From an uncultured Clostridia bacterium (GTDB taxonomy: Bacteria > Bacillota > Clostridia > Oscillospirales > Ruminococcaceae): DNA of 64,000 nucleotides. Location: positions 126,506 to 190,505 of the forward strand of contig CANDEV010000004.1 in assembly GCA_947383835.1 (NCBI GenBank), read 5' to 3'. The position numbers and the translations under genes were made by a program. The notes below the pieces were generated by a model. The model did not search any database and was not told where the DNA came from. It saw only the letters and a program-made list of their open reading frames with translations. Shown one piece after another: positions 9,192 through 17,757 of the stretch (positions are counted from its first letter, which is position 1; every line of letters starts with the position of its first letter).

Positions 9192-9815
9192 TTAATTTTC
9201 GGCAATTCCGTATTTTGCCGCAATAAATTTGTAGTACTTGAACGGCACGAAATATCCCTGCTCCACCTGACATACTGGGCATTGCTTCGGCGCAAGCTTT
9301 CCCTTGTGAACGTTGCCGCAGTTAAGGCACATCCACTCGGTATCCTCGTCCCCTTGGAACATCTTGCTGCTCTCGATAAGCTCCGCGAAGCAGCCGAAAC
9401 GGTCGCCGTGTACCTTTTCGATCTCCGCGATCTTTTCAAAGGAAAAGGCAATGTCGTTAAAGCCCTCCTCCTTTGCGATTTTGGCAAATTCGGGGTACAC
9501 CTTTTCGTACTCCTCATATTCGTTGTGCTGCGCGCTTTTGAGCAGGTCCTCTATCTTGTCATAGTTATCAATCGGGTAGCCCGCGTTGTCGATAAAGACT
9601 GTCCCGCCGTTTTCCTTTTTGAGGTGGTTATAGAAAATTTCGGCGTGAGCTTTTTCCTGATTTGCGGTGAGGTTAAAAATGTTGTAAATAAAATAACAGC
9701 CCATTTTTTTAGCCTTGTCCGCGGCAAAGGTGTAGCGGTTCCTCGCCTGGCTTTCTCCCGCAAAGGCTCGCATAAGGTTTATTTTTGTCTGACTTTCTGA
9801 AAAATTTACGGACAT
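9192..9815 (-). CDS. rbr: Rubrerythrin
   Basis: N-terminal ferritin-like di-iron region (NLMRAFAGESQARNRY) and C-terminal rubredoxin-like CLNC...CPVC. Confidence 0.9.
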   Translation of the reverse strand: MSVNFSESQTKINLMRAFAGESQARNRYTFAADKAKKMGCYFIYNIFNLTANQEKAHAEIFYNHLKKENGGTVFIDNAGYPIDNYDKIEDLLKSAQHNEYEEYEKVYPEFAKIAKEEGFNDIAFSFEKIAEIEKVHGDRFGCFAELIESSKMFQGDEDTEWMCLNCGNVHKGKLAPKQCPVCQVEQGYFVPFKYYKFIAAKYGIAEN

Positions 9816-9906
9816 AATATCAACTCCTTTTGGGGAGTATTATGCGTAATTTTTTAGGTAATATACAAAAATCTGCACGGGTTTCATGCCGTGCAGAAAA
9901 TTTTAT

Positions 9907-11001
9907 TCAGATTTTCTTTAAAACGTAGAAGTGATTGTTGCCATCGCCGTTGCTCCATTGAAAGTACATATACATACTTCCGTCTATTTCATAAACGTAA
10001 TATTTATCATCGCCGATTTTATTTTTGCCGATTTTTATTTCATTCCAATTGCCGTCTTTGGCCTGAAAAGTTATTTTGCCGTTTTTAACAATTGCCCCTG
10101 TAACATAAAGTTCTTCAGCAGACCATTGAGGATTAAGCGGGTCGTAATAATCATTTTCGCTTATATCAAAAGTACAAAAATCTGTAGCAGTCCAGCTACC
10201 CTCAAACTTGCTTATGTCTGTGACCTGCTTCTTTTCAACAGCCGGTTTGTATTTTTTAAAGACGTATGTATATTCTCCGTCAGGGTTTATCAGTTGAACA
10301 AGAAGAAATTTATCATCGCCGTATGAGTATACTTTGTATTTCATTAGCATATCACTAACAAATGAATTATTTTTTATTTCAGTCTGATACGGTTCTATTC
10401 CCCATTCCTTGTAATAATAAATTTCGGCTTCTTTATCATTAAATATTTGAATTTTAGGTATCCATTCGTAACCGTCATACTCAACCTTTGCAGGGTTGTA
10501 TTTTGTACCTTTATTATATGTTACTGTTTCTGAAATATCGTAAAATAACCATACTCCGACCAGATTTTTCTTGTTTGCGGTTATTTCTTTCATTTCCGCT
10601 TTAGGCTTTGACGAAACTGCCGCCGAAGCCGTACCAGTTTTGTAGGATTTGCCGTTTTTTACAGCCGCCGCAACCTTGAATTTATAAGTTTTTCCGTTTT
10701 CAAGACCCGTTACAGTAGCTTTTTCACCTTTAACAAATTTGCATTTTTCATATTTTTTTGTTTCCGCATTGTAAATATATACTCTGTATGCGTCTGCGCC
10801 GTTTACCTTTTCCCATGTGAGGGTTACTTTTCCGTCTCCTGCCGCAGCTTTTATGTTTTTGGGAGCCGCAAGTTTGCTGTCCGCCGCCTCGGCAGTTACC
10901 GCCAAAAGCGGACTGTTTTCCGTACTCATAGGTACGCCTGTGACAATTCCCGCAGCCATTATGGCAGCCGCGCCGAACGCCGCAATTTTTCTGATATTCA
11001 T
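9907..11001 (-). CDS. Secreted protein with a fibronectin type III domain; C-terminal region unknown
   Basis: Signal peptide MNIRKIAAFGAAAIMAAG. FN3-like KVTLTWEKVNGADAYRVYIY...GKTYKFKVAA. Start moved to the ATG at 11001, preceded by GGGAG. Confidence 0.7.
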   Translation of the reverse strand: MNIRKIAAFGAAAIMAAGIVTGVPMSTENSPLLAVTAEAADSKLAAPKNIKAAAGDGKVTLTWEKVNGADAYRVYIYNAETKKYEKCKFVKGEKATVTGLENGKTYKFKVAAAVKNGKSYKTGTASAAVSSKPKAEMKEITANKKNLVGVWLFYDISETVTYNKGTKYNPAKVEYDGYEWIPKIQIFNDKEAEIYYYKEWGIEPYQTEIKNNSFVSDMLMKYKVYSYGDDKFLLVQLINPDGEYTYVFKKYKPAVEKKQVTDISKFEGSWTATDFCTFDISENDYYDPLNPQWSAEELYVTGAIVKNGKITFQAKDGNWNEIKIGKNKIGDDKYYVYEIDGSMYMYFQWSNGDGNNHFYVLKKI

Positions 11002-11101
11002 AATTTCATTCTCCCTTTCAGGTAAAATTTTTGCCGTATTTCTACAAAATACGCTATTACTGATTATACAGAAAAATGCAGACAAAGTGTTGAATAATGT
11101 G

Positions 11102-11115
11102 TTTTTTTTTTTTTT
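11102..11115. repeat. Homopolymer T14 (A14 on the minus strand)
   Basis: Counted directly. Lies just 3' of the trmO stop and about 100 nt upstream of the FN3 gene start. Confidence 0.95.
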
Positions 11116-11147
11116 ACCAAAATATGAATATCGGCGAATTGCCCGTG

Positions 11148-11825
11148 TCATGTACTTCTTTGCAGTATTTTCCGCACCGTCAGCAGGTTTTCTTTTACCG
11201 TGAAATGCACTTCAAATTCCGCAAAGTCCATAATATAAACCCGTTCGGGAGAGTTCTGATACGCGGGACGGGGGTCTTGCTCCAAAGCCTCGGTAAGTCC
11301 TTTTCGCATATGTTCGGGGAGCTTTTCAAGTTGCCCCTCCGCAAATTCCACCCGCAAAATCTCGCCACGAGGGACAGAAAACCCTCCCGCCGCCTCGGGG
11401 TGTGAGTCGGTGTAGGCAAGATAAGGCTTGATGTCGTAAACGGGAGTACCGTCCATAATATCCGCGCCGCTGACGTACAGGACGGGAGCGTCCGCCGCTT
11501 CAAAATCTATTTTTTCAAGCTTCACCGAGGAAAGTCCTATCGGATTTGGACGGAACGGCGAACGGGTCGCAAAAACCCCCATTCTTGTGTTGCCCCCAAG
11601 CTTCGGGGGACGTACCGTAGGCGACCATTCCTCCCGAACAGCTTCGGAGAACTGCCACAATATCCATATGTGGGAGTAGCCCTCCAGACCCCTGAAAGCC
11701 TCGGGGACGCGGTATTCAGGCTCGAAAATAATTTTAGAGACAAGCCCCGTAAGTCCGCTTTGACGGGGTATTCCGAACTTTTCGGGGAAGTCGCTTTTTA
11801 TGTGCGCGATGATTTTCATAGGCAT
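11148..11825 (-). CDS. trmO: tRNA (m6t6A37) methyltransferase TrmO / TsaA family
   Basis: YaeB/TsaA-type sequence: FPEKFGIPRQSGL...FATRSPFRPNPIGLSSVKL. Confidence 0.85.
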   Translation of the reverse strand: MPMKIIAHIKSDFPEKFGIPRQSGLTGLVSKIIFEPEYRVPEAFRGLEGYSHIWILWQFSEAVREEWSPTVRPPKLGGNTRMGVFATRSPFRPNPIGLSSVKLEKIDFEAADAPVLYVSGADIMDGTPVYDIKPYLAYTDSHPEAAGGFSVPRGEILRVEFAEGQLEKLPEHMRKGLTEALEQDPRPAYQNSPERVYIMDFAEFEVHFTVKENLLTVRKILQRST

Positions 11826-12316
11826 TGCTCCAATTTATATAATGAAATTAATTTGTCGAGGACTTCCGCGACCGCGTCCATATTGCAGTTATCCGCAAAA
11901 GGAACATGAAGAAAAAACATATCGGTTTTCAGATCGTTTTCATAAATATAATTAAGTCCGAAATAATAAAGATTATTGCAGAAGGACGTCCCGGCATTGT
12001 GGGAAATATAGCAGTTATATCCGAATTTTTTTATTATTTCCGAAACGTTTTCCGCCTTTGATTTCAGAATTTTTCCGTTAAGCTTTGCCGTATCTTCGGC
12101 AGAAATTTTATTTTTTATCAGCGGCTTTTGTCCAAGAGAAAAAACGTACCGAAAACCGCTGTCAAGCTCATTTTTCAGCATTTCACAGCTTGCAGCTTTA
12201 TCGTTGGGAAGAATAATTTTTTTGCAGTCCGTTTTAAGCTTTCCGCATATTATTTTTGAGGAATTATCTTCGCCGTCAAATGCCGTTACAAGGCAGGCGA
12301 ATTTTATTTTTGTCAT
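11816..12316 (-). CDS. Pyroglutamyl-peptidase I (C15)-like protein
   Basis: GTSFCNNLYY and FLHVP resemble the Cys and His motifs of Pcp. Overlaps trmO by 10 nt. The call rests on weak similarity only. Confidence 0.45.
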   Translation of the reverse strand: MTKIKFACLVTAFDGEDNSSKIICGKLKTDCKKIILPNDKAASCEMLKNELDSGFRYVFSLGQKPLIKNKISAEDTAKLNGKILKSKAENVSEIIKKFGYNCYISHNAGTSFCNNLYYFGLNYIYENDLKTDMFFLHVPFADNCNMDAVAEVLDKLISLYKLEQCL

Positions 12317-13107
12317 AAATTTTCCTCCGTATTTTTTATTGTAATTTTCAGCTCGTCCACAATTTTTTCAATGCGCGCGTAAACGTCACCCGAAAACATT
12401 CCCGCAAAAAGCGCGTTTAAATTTTCCTCAAAATTATTCGGCAGGACTTTACAGTATTTTTTACAAAGCTGTACAAGCCGCTTTTCGCCGGGGTGAGTAA
12501 GGCTGTTCAGAGCAAAAATAACATTGAAATAGCTTGCCAAAAACTCTGCGGTGCGGTGATTTATGCTGACTGTATCGCCCCTGTCCGCAGCTTTTTTTAT
12601 CTGCATATCATAGGACGGCAGCGCGCCGCTTAAAAGCTTCATATTCCTTTCAATAATATTTTTCCGCAGGGTCGGAGGGTAGGGGACATTGTACCGATTT
12701 TGCAGCTCCGTAAGCCTACCGTTTCTGTCGAAAATAATTTTGCAGTTCAGCAGGTTGTGCCACATACAAGTGGTGTAACCGTTTGTCGCCTCATATTTGT
12801 CAACGGTTCGGGAAATACCCGCCGCAAAATCGTCAATATCTCTGTAAATAATATCAATATCTATTCCGTTGTTGAGGGTACAGTTATCCTCCGTTTCCCA
12901 GTAATGATTTCCTATTTCCGATACGGCGCAGTAATGGGAAAGTATCTCCCTGCGCTTGCCGTCGGGAATACTTTCGGTAACATAAACATAAACGTCATAA
13001 TCGGAGCTTTCATCGTAAATTTCAGCCGCCCTCGAACCGCCGAGAGCAATAGCGTCCACCTCGGAAAAACTGCTGAAATCGTTAAAAAGCTTTTCGGTAA
13101 TATCCAT
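12313..13107 (-). CDS. Nucleotidyltransferase-domain protein (KNTase/DUF4037-like, with a helical C-terminal domain)
   Basis: ALGGSRAAEIYDESSDYDVYVYV (GS...DxD minimal NTase motif). Start at the ATG at 13107, preceded by AGGAG. 4-nt overlap with the downstream gene. Confidence 0.65.
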   Translation of the reverse strand: MDITEKLFNDFSSFSEVDAIALGGSRAAEIYDESSDYDVYVYVTESIPDGKRREILSHYCAVSEIGNHYWETEDNCTLNNGIDIDIIYRDIDDFAAGISRTVDKYEATNGYTTCMWHNLLNCKIIFDRNGRLTELQNRYNVPYPPTLRKNIIERNMKLLSGALPSYDMQIKKAADRGDTVSINHRTAEFLASYFNVIFALNSLTHPGEKRLVQLCKKYCKVLPNNFEENLNALFAGMFSGDVYARIEKIVDELKITIKNTEENL

Positions 13108-13217
13108 AAAAATTCTCCTTGCAAACATTTATTAAAGTATAGCATGTAATAGCGGTCAATGTCAACTAAAAAATAATTAAAAAGGACTCCCTATTTTTCG
13201 GAAGTCCTATAAAATAT

Positions 13218-13949
13218 TCATTGCCGTTTCATCTGCCGCAAAAACGCAAACACAGCCGCTGCAAATGCAATTATCATGTACCCCAAAACCCAGTAGATAT
13301 GCGGGAACATATCGTCGTAATTTCCGCTTAAAACCACCCGCTCCATTTCGACCGCGTGTACAAAAGGGAGCAGGTCTGCAATTTTTTTGAACGCTCCGCC
13401 TACAAGATCAAGGTCGAACCATATTCCCGAAAGCCATGCGGTAAGATTGGTAAGCAGCGCGCCGCAGATACCGCCTACCTGCTTGTCGGTAAAAATGCTG
13501 CCGCAAAGCAGTCCCAAGGCTATAAAAAACAGCGCGGAGGGAATTATTGCAATTATTGCAATAAGAATATTTACCGTAATTTCAAGTCCCAAAATAACCG
13601 CAAATATGTAACATATCACACATTGCGCCACCGCTATGGGAAGTATCGGCAGGGTGTACCCCAAAATAAAATCCTTGGGTGTAAGGGGAGTGGTGTAAAG
13701 CCGCTGGAGTATAGCGCTGCCCCTGTCCTTTGAGATAAGAGTCGCCGCAAAAAGGGTCATGAACGAAAGTCCGAATATAGCTATGCCGGGAGCAAGATTT
13801 TCTATCACAAAAAGCTCCACAGGAATATTAGCCTGTATCGCGCTGAGCAAAAGTATAAGCACTATGGGAAATCCCAGCCCGAACCCCAAATTCAGCGGGT
13901 CGCGGAGGATTTCCTTTGCAGTGCGGCTTGAAAATGCTTTTAATCTCAT
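13218..13949 (-). CDS. ABC-2 type transporter permease
   Basis: 243 aa with about 6 hydrophobic segments. 4-nt overlap with the upstream ATPase gene. Confidence 0.8.
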   Translation of the reverse strand: MRLKAFSSRTAKEILRDPLNLGFGLGFPIVLILLLSAIQANIPVELFVIENLAPGIAIFGLSFMTLFAATLISKDRGSAILQRLYTTPLTPKDFILGYTLPILPIAVAQCVICYIFAVILGLEITVNILIAIIAIIPSALFFIALGLLCGSIFTDKQVGGICGALLTNLTAWLSGIWFDLDLVGGAFKKIADLLPFVHAVEMERVVLSGNYDDMFPHIYWVLGYMIIAFAAAVFAFLRQMKRQ

Positions 13950-14674
13950 TTTACTCCCTCCTTTACTATCTTTACAAATGCGTCCTCAAATTTTTCTTCT
14001 CCCGCGAAAGCCTTTATTTCTTGGGCAGTACCGGTTATCATCAGCTTTCCGCCTTTCATCACGGCAATTCTGTCCGAAAGAGACTCCGCCTCCTCCATAT
14101 AGTGGGTGGTGAGTATTATGGTAATTTTGCCCTTTAAAGCGCGGATATTATCCCAAAGCTCGCTTCTTGCCACAACGTCAAGTCCCAAGGTCGGTTCGTC
14201 CAAGAAAAGGATTTTCGGTTCGCTTATGAGAGCCATGGCAATGCTCAAACGCCGCTGCCAGCCTCCCGAAAGCTTTCCCGCCTTTTGGGATGTTACCTCT
14301 CCGAGACTGAACTGCTCGGTAAGCTCTGTGATCTTTTTCTCGGTTTTCTCTTTTGAAAAGCCGTGTACCCCCGCCATTAATTCGAGATTTTCACGGACTG
14401 TCAGATTGGGCGCGACTGCCGTTTCCTGGGGAGAAACAGCTATAACGGACTTTACCGCGCCGCTTTCCGTCACAATGCTTTTGCCGCATAAAAACGCGTC
14501 CCCCGACGTTGGCTTTGCAAGACAGGACAGCATTTTTATAGTAGTGGTCTTGCCCGCTCCGTTTACACCCAAAAGGGCAAAAAGCTCCCCCTCGTTTATC
14601 ACAAGGTCAAGACCGTCCACAGCGGTAACGTCCTTGTATTTTTTTGTAAGCCCCGAAATTTTTATCGCTTCCAT
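13946..14674 (-). CDS. ABC transporter ATP-binding protein
   Basis: Walker A GVNGAGKTT, signature LSGGWQRRLSIAMAL, Walker B LFLDEPTLGLD. Confidence 0.92.
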   Translation of the reverse strand: MEAIKISGLTKKYKDVTAVDGLDLVINEGELFALLGVNGAGKTTTIKMLSCLAKPTSGDAFLCGKSIVTESGAVKSVIAVSPQETAVAPNLTVRENLELMAGVHGFSKEKTEKKITELTEQFSLGEVTSQKAGKLSGGWQRRLSIAMALISEPKILFLDEPTLGLDVVARSELWDNIRALKGKITIILTTHYMEEAESLSDRIAVMKGGKLMITGTAQEIKAFAGEEKFEDAFVKIVKEGVK

Positions 14675-15243
14675 CAGGCTTCCTCCTTTTTAATGTATCG
14701 TTCCTTCAGTCCCATATAAAGATCTGTAAGCATTCTGCTGATAGTTTTTTCGTCCCATTCAAGGTATGACGTGGCGATCATCGAGGCGATCCCATGTACG
14801 TAAACCCACATTTCAAGGTGGAACATAGCGGCGTCCTCCTCGCTTATACCGAGGTTTTTCATAAGTATGCCTATTATCGGCTTGACTTCATCGTCCTTCT
14901 GCACAAAGGTCTCGTTCCGCCTGTCCCGCATATAAAGAAGCTTGAAAAGCTCCTGCTCCTCCTTCGCAAATTGGATATACGCCATACCGTTCGCTTTGTA
15001 GACCGGGTACTCTCCAGATGTCATACCTCTTTCCAGATAACCGCAGTATATCTTGTAAGCGCAGTTCAGTACGTCATTTTTTAGCTCTTCCATAGTGCTG
15101 TAGTTTGAAAATATCGGCTGTGTGGACACTTTCAGCTTTGCGGCAACGGCTCTTGCGTTAAGAGCGGATATTCCGTTTTCCCTTACTATGTCGGCAGCGG
15201 CTTTTATAATATCTTCCTTTTCGACCTTTATTTTAGGCGGCAT
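14674..15243 (-). CDS. TetR/AcrR family transcriptional regulator
   Basis: N-terminal HTH IIKAAADIVRENGISALNARAVAAKLKVSTQPIFSNY. Start at the ATG at 15243, preceded by AGAGGTG. First gene of the TetR-ABC operon. Confidence 0.85.
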   Translation of the reverse strand: MPPKIKVEKEDIIKAAADIVRENGISALNARAVAAKLKVSTQPIFSNYSTMEELKNDVLNCAYKIYCGYLERGMTSGEYPVYKANGMAYIQFAKEEQELFKLLYMRDRRNETFVQKDDEVKPIIGILMKNLGISEEDAAMFHLEMWVYVHGIASMIATSYLEWDEKTISRMLTDLYMGLKERYIKKEEA

Positions 15244-15428
15244 TATATCACCTCTTAAATATCGTATGTTATATAACATTTGTTATTTTACCATAAAAAT
15301 AATTATTTGTCAAGCGGTTTATAAAAAAAATATTATCCGCATTTCAGCATATATTTGATTTTTCATGTTGAAATCTCTGTAAAAATATGCTATAATAATG
15401 TTTATGCAAAAAAAATTGCCGTTTTTAA

Positions 15429-15530
15429 TACTAATTTGCTCCTAAAAGCGTAGGTAAAAAATCTGCACAAAAATCATATGTGCAAATTTTTGTTTGATTT
15501 TTTACACGCTTTTTAGTCTCAAATTAGTAT
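15429..15530. repeat. Family A palindromic repeat, copy 2
   Basis: TACTAATTTGCTCC...GTCTCAAATTAGTAT. The right arm carries TTTACA (15501-15506), 18 nt, then TAGTAT (15525-15530), 30 nt before the ATG at 15560. Confidence 0.85.
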
Positions 15531-15559
15531 AAAAGATACGGCGGAAAGGCTGCATAAAA

Positions 15560-16483
15560 ATGCGAGGAATGAAATATTTATTAATTATATCGGTACTTCT
15601 GATACTGCTGGCGTTTGTGCTGACAAATTTTGTCTTTAAAAGAGGCAGCAATGAGCAGGACACCGCGTCTGAAACAATTTCGGTCACAACGGTGCAGACG
15701 GAATCCGAAATCCAACCAGAGGAGGAAGAGGATATCAACGCTGACAATAAATGGGCGATGTTTTTGGTGAACAAGCAAAACCCGCTTCCTAAAAATTACG
15801 ACAGCATGATCGAGACAGAGCTTGTTTATGAGGGAGACAGAGACGGCTATGTTGACAAGCGTGCCGCGAAATATGCCAAGGATATGTTTGCTGCCGCTCT
15901 GGAGGACGGCATAGATCTTTGGGTCGTATCGTCCTACCGCACTATAGATTATCAGCAGCAAAATTTTGACCGAAGCGTTCAGCAGCGTATGGACAACGGC
16001 ATGACATATGACGATGCTTATGCGGACACCTTGCGCGAGGTTGCGATGCCGGGTGAAAGCGAGCATAACGCAGGTCTTGCGATGGATATAATGTCCGTAG
16101 AGTACACAAGCATGGACGACGCGGGTTTTGAAAATACAAAGGCTTTTGAGTGGCTTGACAAGCACGCGGCGGAGTACGGCTTTATCCTGCGCTACCCCAA
16201 GGACAAGGAGGCTGTAACGGAGATAATCTATGAGCCGTGGCATTACCGTTTTGTGGGAATTTACTATGCAAACGAGATAAAGGAAAGCGGTCTGTGTCTT
16301 GAAGAATATTTTGCCGAACGCGGTTGGACGGACGAGGACGGAAAAGCTGTAAAAATGCGCGGTCCCTTTGAAACGGAGGAGAACGAACAACCCGCAGAGA
16401 CAAAGGTCACGGAGCCTACAGAACCGAAAAAGACAATGCCTGCTATAGAGCATAACGAGCAAAAGGTCACAATTATAGTATAA
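15560..16483 (+). CDS. D-alanyl-D-alanine carboxypeptidase, VanY / peptidase M15B family, membrane-anchored
   Basis: N-terminal TM segment. Zn-site motifs SEHNAGLAMD and EPWHYRF. Confidence 0.88.
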   Translation: MRGMKYLLIISVLLILLAFVLTNFVFKRGSNEQDTASETISVTTVQTESEIQPEEEEDINADNKWAMFLVNKQNPLPKNYDSMIETELVYEGDRDGYVDKRAAKYAKDMFAAALEDGIDLWVVSSYRTIDYQQQNFDRSVQQRMDNGMTYDDAYADTLREVAMPGESEHNAGLAMDIMSVEYTSMDDAGFENTKAFEWLDKHAAEYGFILRYPKDKEAVTEIIYEPWHYRFVGIYYANEIKESGLCLEEYFAERGWTDEDGKAVKMRGPFETEENEQPAETKVTEPTEPKKTMPAIEHNEQKVTIIV

Positions 16484-16550
16484 TATTTTGTTTATATTAC
16501 AAATTGTATAAAAAATACTTATATTATGTCGTTTTAGATTTGGGAAAATC

Positions 16551-16585
16551 CCCCTAATTCATTTGTTGAATTAGGGGAATTTTAT
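16551..16585 (+). terminator. Rho-independent terminator
   Basis: CCCCTAATTC-7 nt-GAATTAGGGG followed by AATTTTAT. Confidence 0.6.
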
Positions 16586-16657
16586 AAATTAAACGTCTTG
16601 CATAAGTTTTAAGATATTTTTTTGTGCAGCTTTTAAGAACAAATTTTCTAAAGATTA

Positions 16658-16686
16658 TTGACAAACATAAACGGTTGTTCTATAAT
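16658..16686 (+). promoter_or_regulatory. Sigma-A type promoter with an embedded LexA-like box (module P1)
   Basis: TTGACA-17 nt-TATAAT. The spacer contains AAACGGTTGTTC (16669-16680). GAACAAATTTTC lies at 16637-16648. Confidence 0.7.
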
Positions 16687-16715
16687 AATATAAAATAGTA
16701 ACGGAGACAGCATAT

Positions 16716-17102
16716 ATGAAAAACTATACTCAAGTTTATGTAAAAAACAGTTTAGAGGCAGCAAAAACATATTGCGAAGCATTTGGCGCAGAAATAACAT
16801 TAGAGATGAAAAATGACAGCGGGACTGCCTATGAGCATTGTGTATTATCGGTTGACGGAGAAGGATTTTTGGCATTAGCCGAAGCTAAAAAACCTTATGA
16901 TGTTGAGGTTATTCACAAAATGAAATGGGAAACAATGACTTTTAATGCCTTTGAAATGGGGACTGAAGAGCGTGTAAACCATGCATTTGACGTTTTGAGC
17001 GACGGCGGCGTTGTTATTGATGAAATTCAGGAGCTGCCATGGAATAAATATAACGCTACCGTTATTGATAAGTATGGCGTATGCTGGTGGATCGCTATTT
17101 AG
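16716..17102 (+). CDS. VOC (glyoxalase/bleomycin-resistance, PhnB-like) family protein
   Basis: 128 aa with a PhnB-like pattern, ending in the typical C-terminus DKYGVCWWI. GGAG RBS. Confidence 0.7.
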   Translation: MKNYTQVYVKNSLEAAKTYCEAFGAEITLEMKNDSGTAYEHCVLSVDGEGFLALAEAKKPYDVEVIHKMKWETMTFNAFEMGTEERVNHAFDVLSDGGVVIDEIQELPWNKYNATVIDKYGVCWWIAI

Positions 17103-17219
17103 AGCAATCCAACAAAATAATAACCGTATCTGTAGGGGGCGGGTTTCCCGTCCCGCTGTTTCATAATTGCGGGCGGGGAGACCCCGCCCCTACAAAAGGC
17201 ATTATTTTATAGGATTGCT
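17103..17219. repeat. Family C GC-hairpin repeat, copy 1
   Basis: AGCAATCC...TGTAGGGGGCGGGTTTCCCGTCCCGC...GCGGGCGGGGAGACCCCGCCCCTACA...GGATTGCT. Inverted relative to 47271-47407. Confidence 0.8.
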
Positions 17220-17362
17220 ATAGTAAGTTCGCGTTATAGCTTAAAAATTAAACGTCTTGTACAAAAAGGCTCCCATGTGTTACAGTACTTCTGTACTATT
17301 AACTGCCAAAAAACAAGGCGTTTTTTTGTGCAATTTTTTACGAACAAATTTTCCGAAAACTC

Positions 17363-17424
17363 TTGACAAATCTAAACGATTGTTCTATAATATTATTCAG
17401 AACAAACGTGTGGAACATACGTAC
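17363..17424 (+). promoter_or_regulatory. Sigma-A type promoter (module P2) plus downstream LexA-like boxes
   Basis: TTGACA (17363)-17 nt-TATAAT (17386). AAACGATTGTTC sits in the spacer. GAACAAACGTGT is at 17400 and GAACATACGTAC at 17413. Confidence 0.65.
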
Positions 17425-17460
17425 ATAGAAACATACGTGTAAAAAGAAAGGAAGTTTTTT

Positions 17461-17757
17461 ATGACAACCTCAACCGCGAGAAAAATAGAACCCGAAGCAA
17501 GAAAAATAGTCATGACCGTCTGTGAAAAGAAAGAAAGCCTCACCGCGCAAAGGCTTGCAGGATTTGCAATGCTTGTGCTGATAGGATTTGCCCTGCTTTC
17601 GGGAACGGAGCTTGCCGCCCTGGCGATAGTTTCTCCCATGGCTTTGGCGGCAATGTTTTCAAAGGAAAAACTCCTTGATTTTGGAATTTTCCGTATAAAA
17701 AAGCCTACTGTACGATCTCGAAAATTTTCCCCGAAAACGGCGCAAGATCTACAGTAA
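17461..17757 (+). CDS. Small hypothetical membrane protein (98 aa)
   Basis: Strong RBS AAAGGAAG 8 nt before the ATG. Hydrophobic core AGFAMLVLIGFALLSGTELAALAIVSPMALAAMF. The 3' end overlaps the convergent glgB by 53 nt. Confidence 0.55.
   Translation: MTTSTARKIEPEARKIVMTVCEKKESLTAQRLAGFAMLVLIGFALLSGTELAALAIVSPMALAAMFSKEKLLDFGIFRIKKPTVRSRKFSPKTAQDLQ

Noticed and set aside
15581-16462. 293-aa ORF on the minus strand
   Set aside because: It is fully antisense to the VanY-like gene, which has clear catalytic motifs. The translation is Arg/Cys/Leu-rich and low-complexity, with no RBS or motif.
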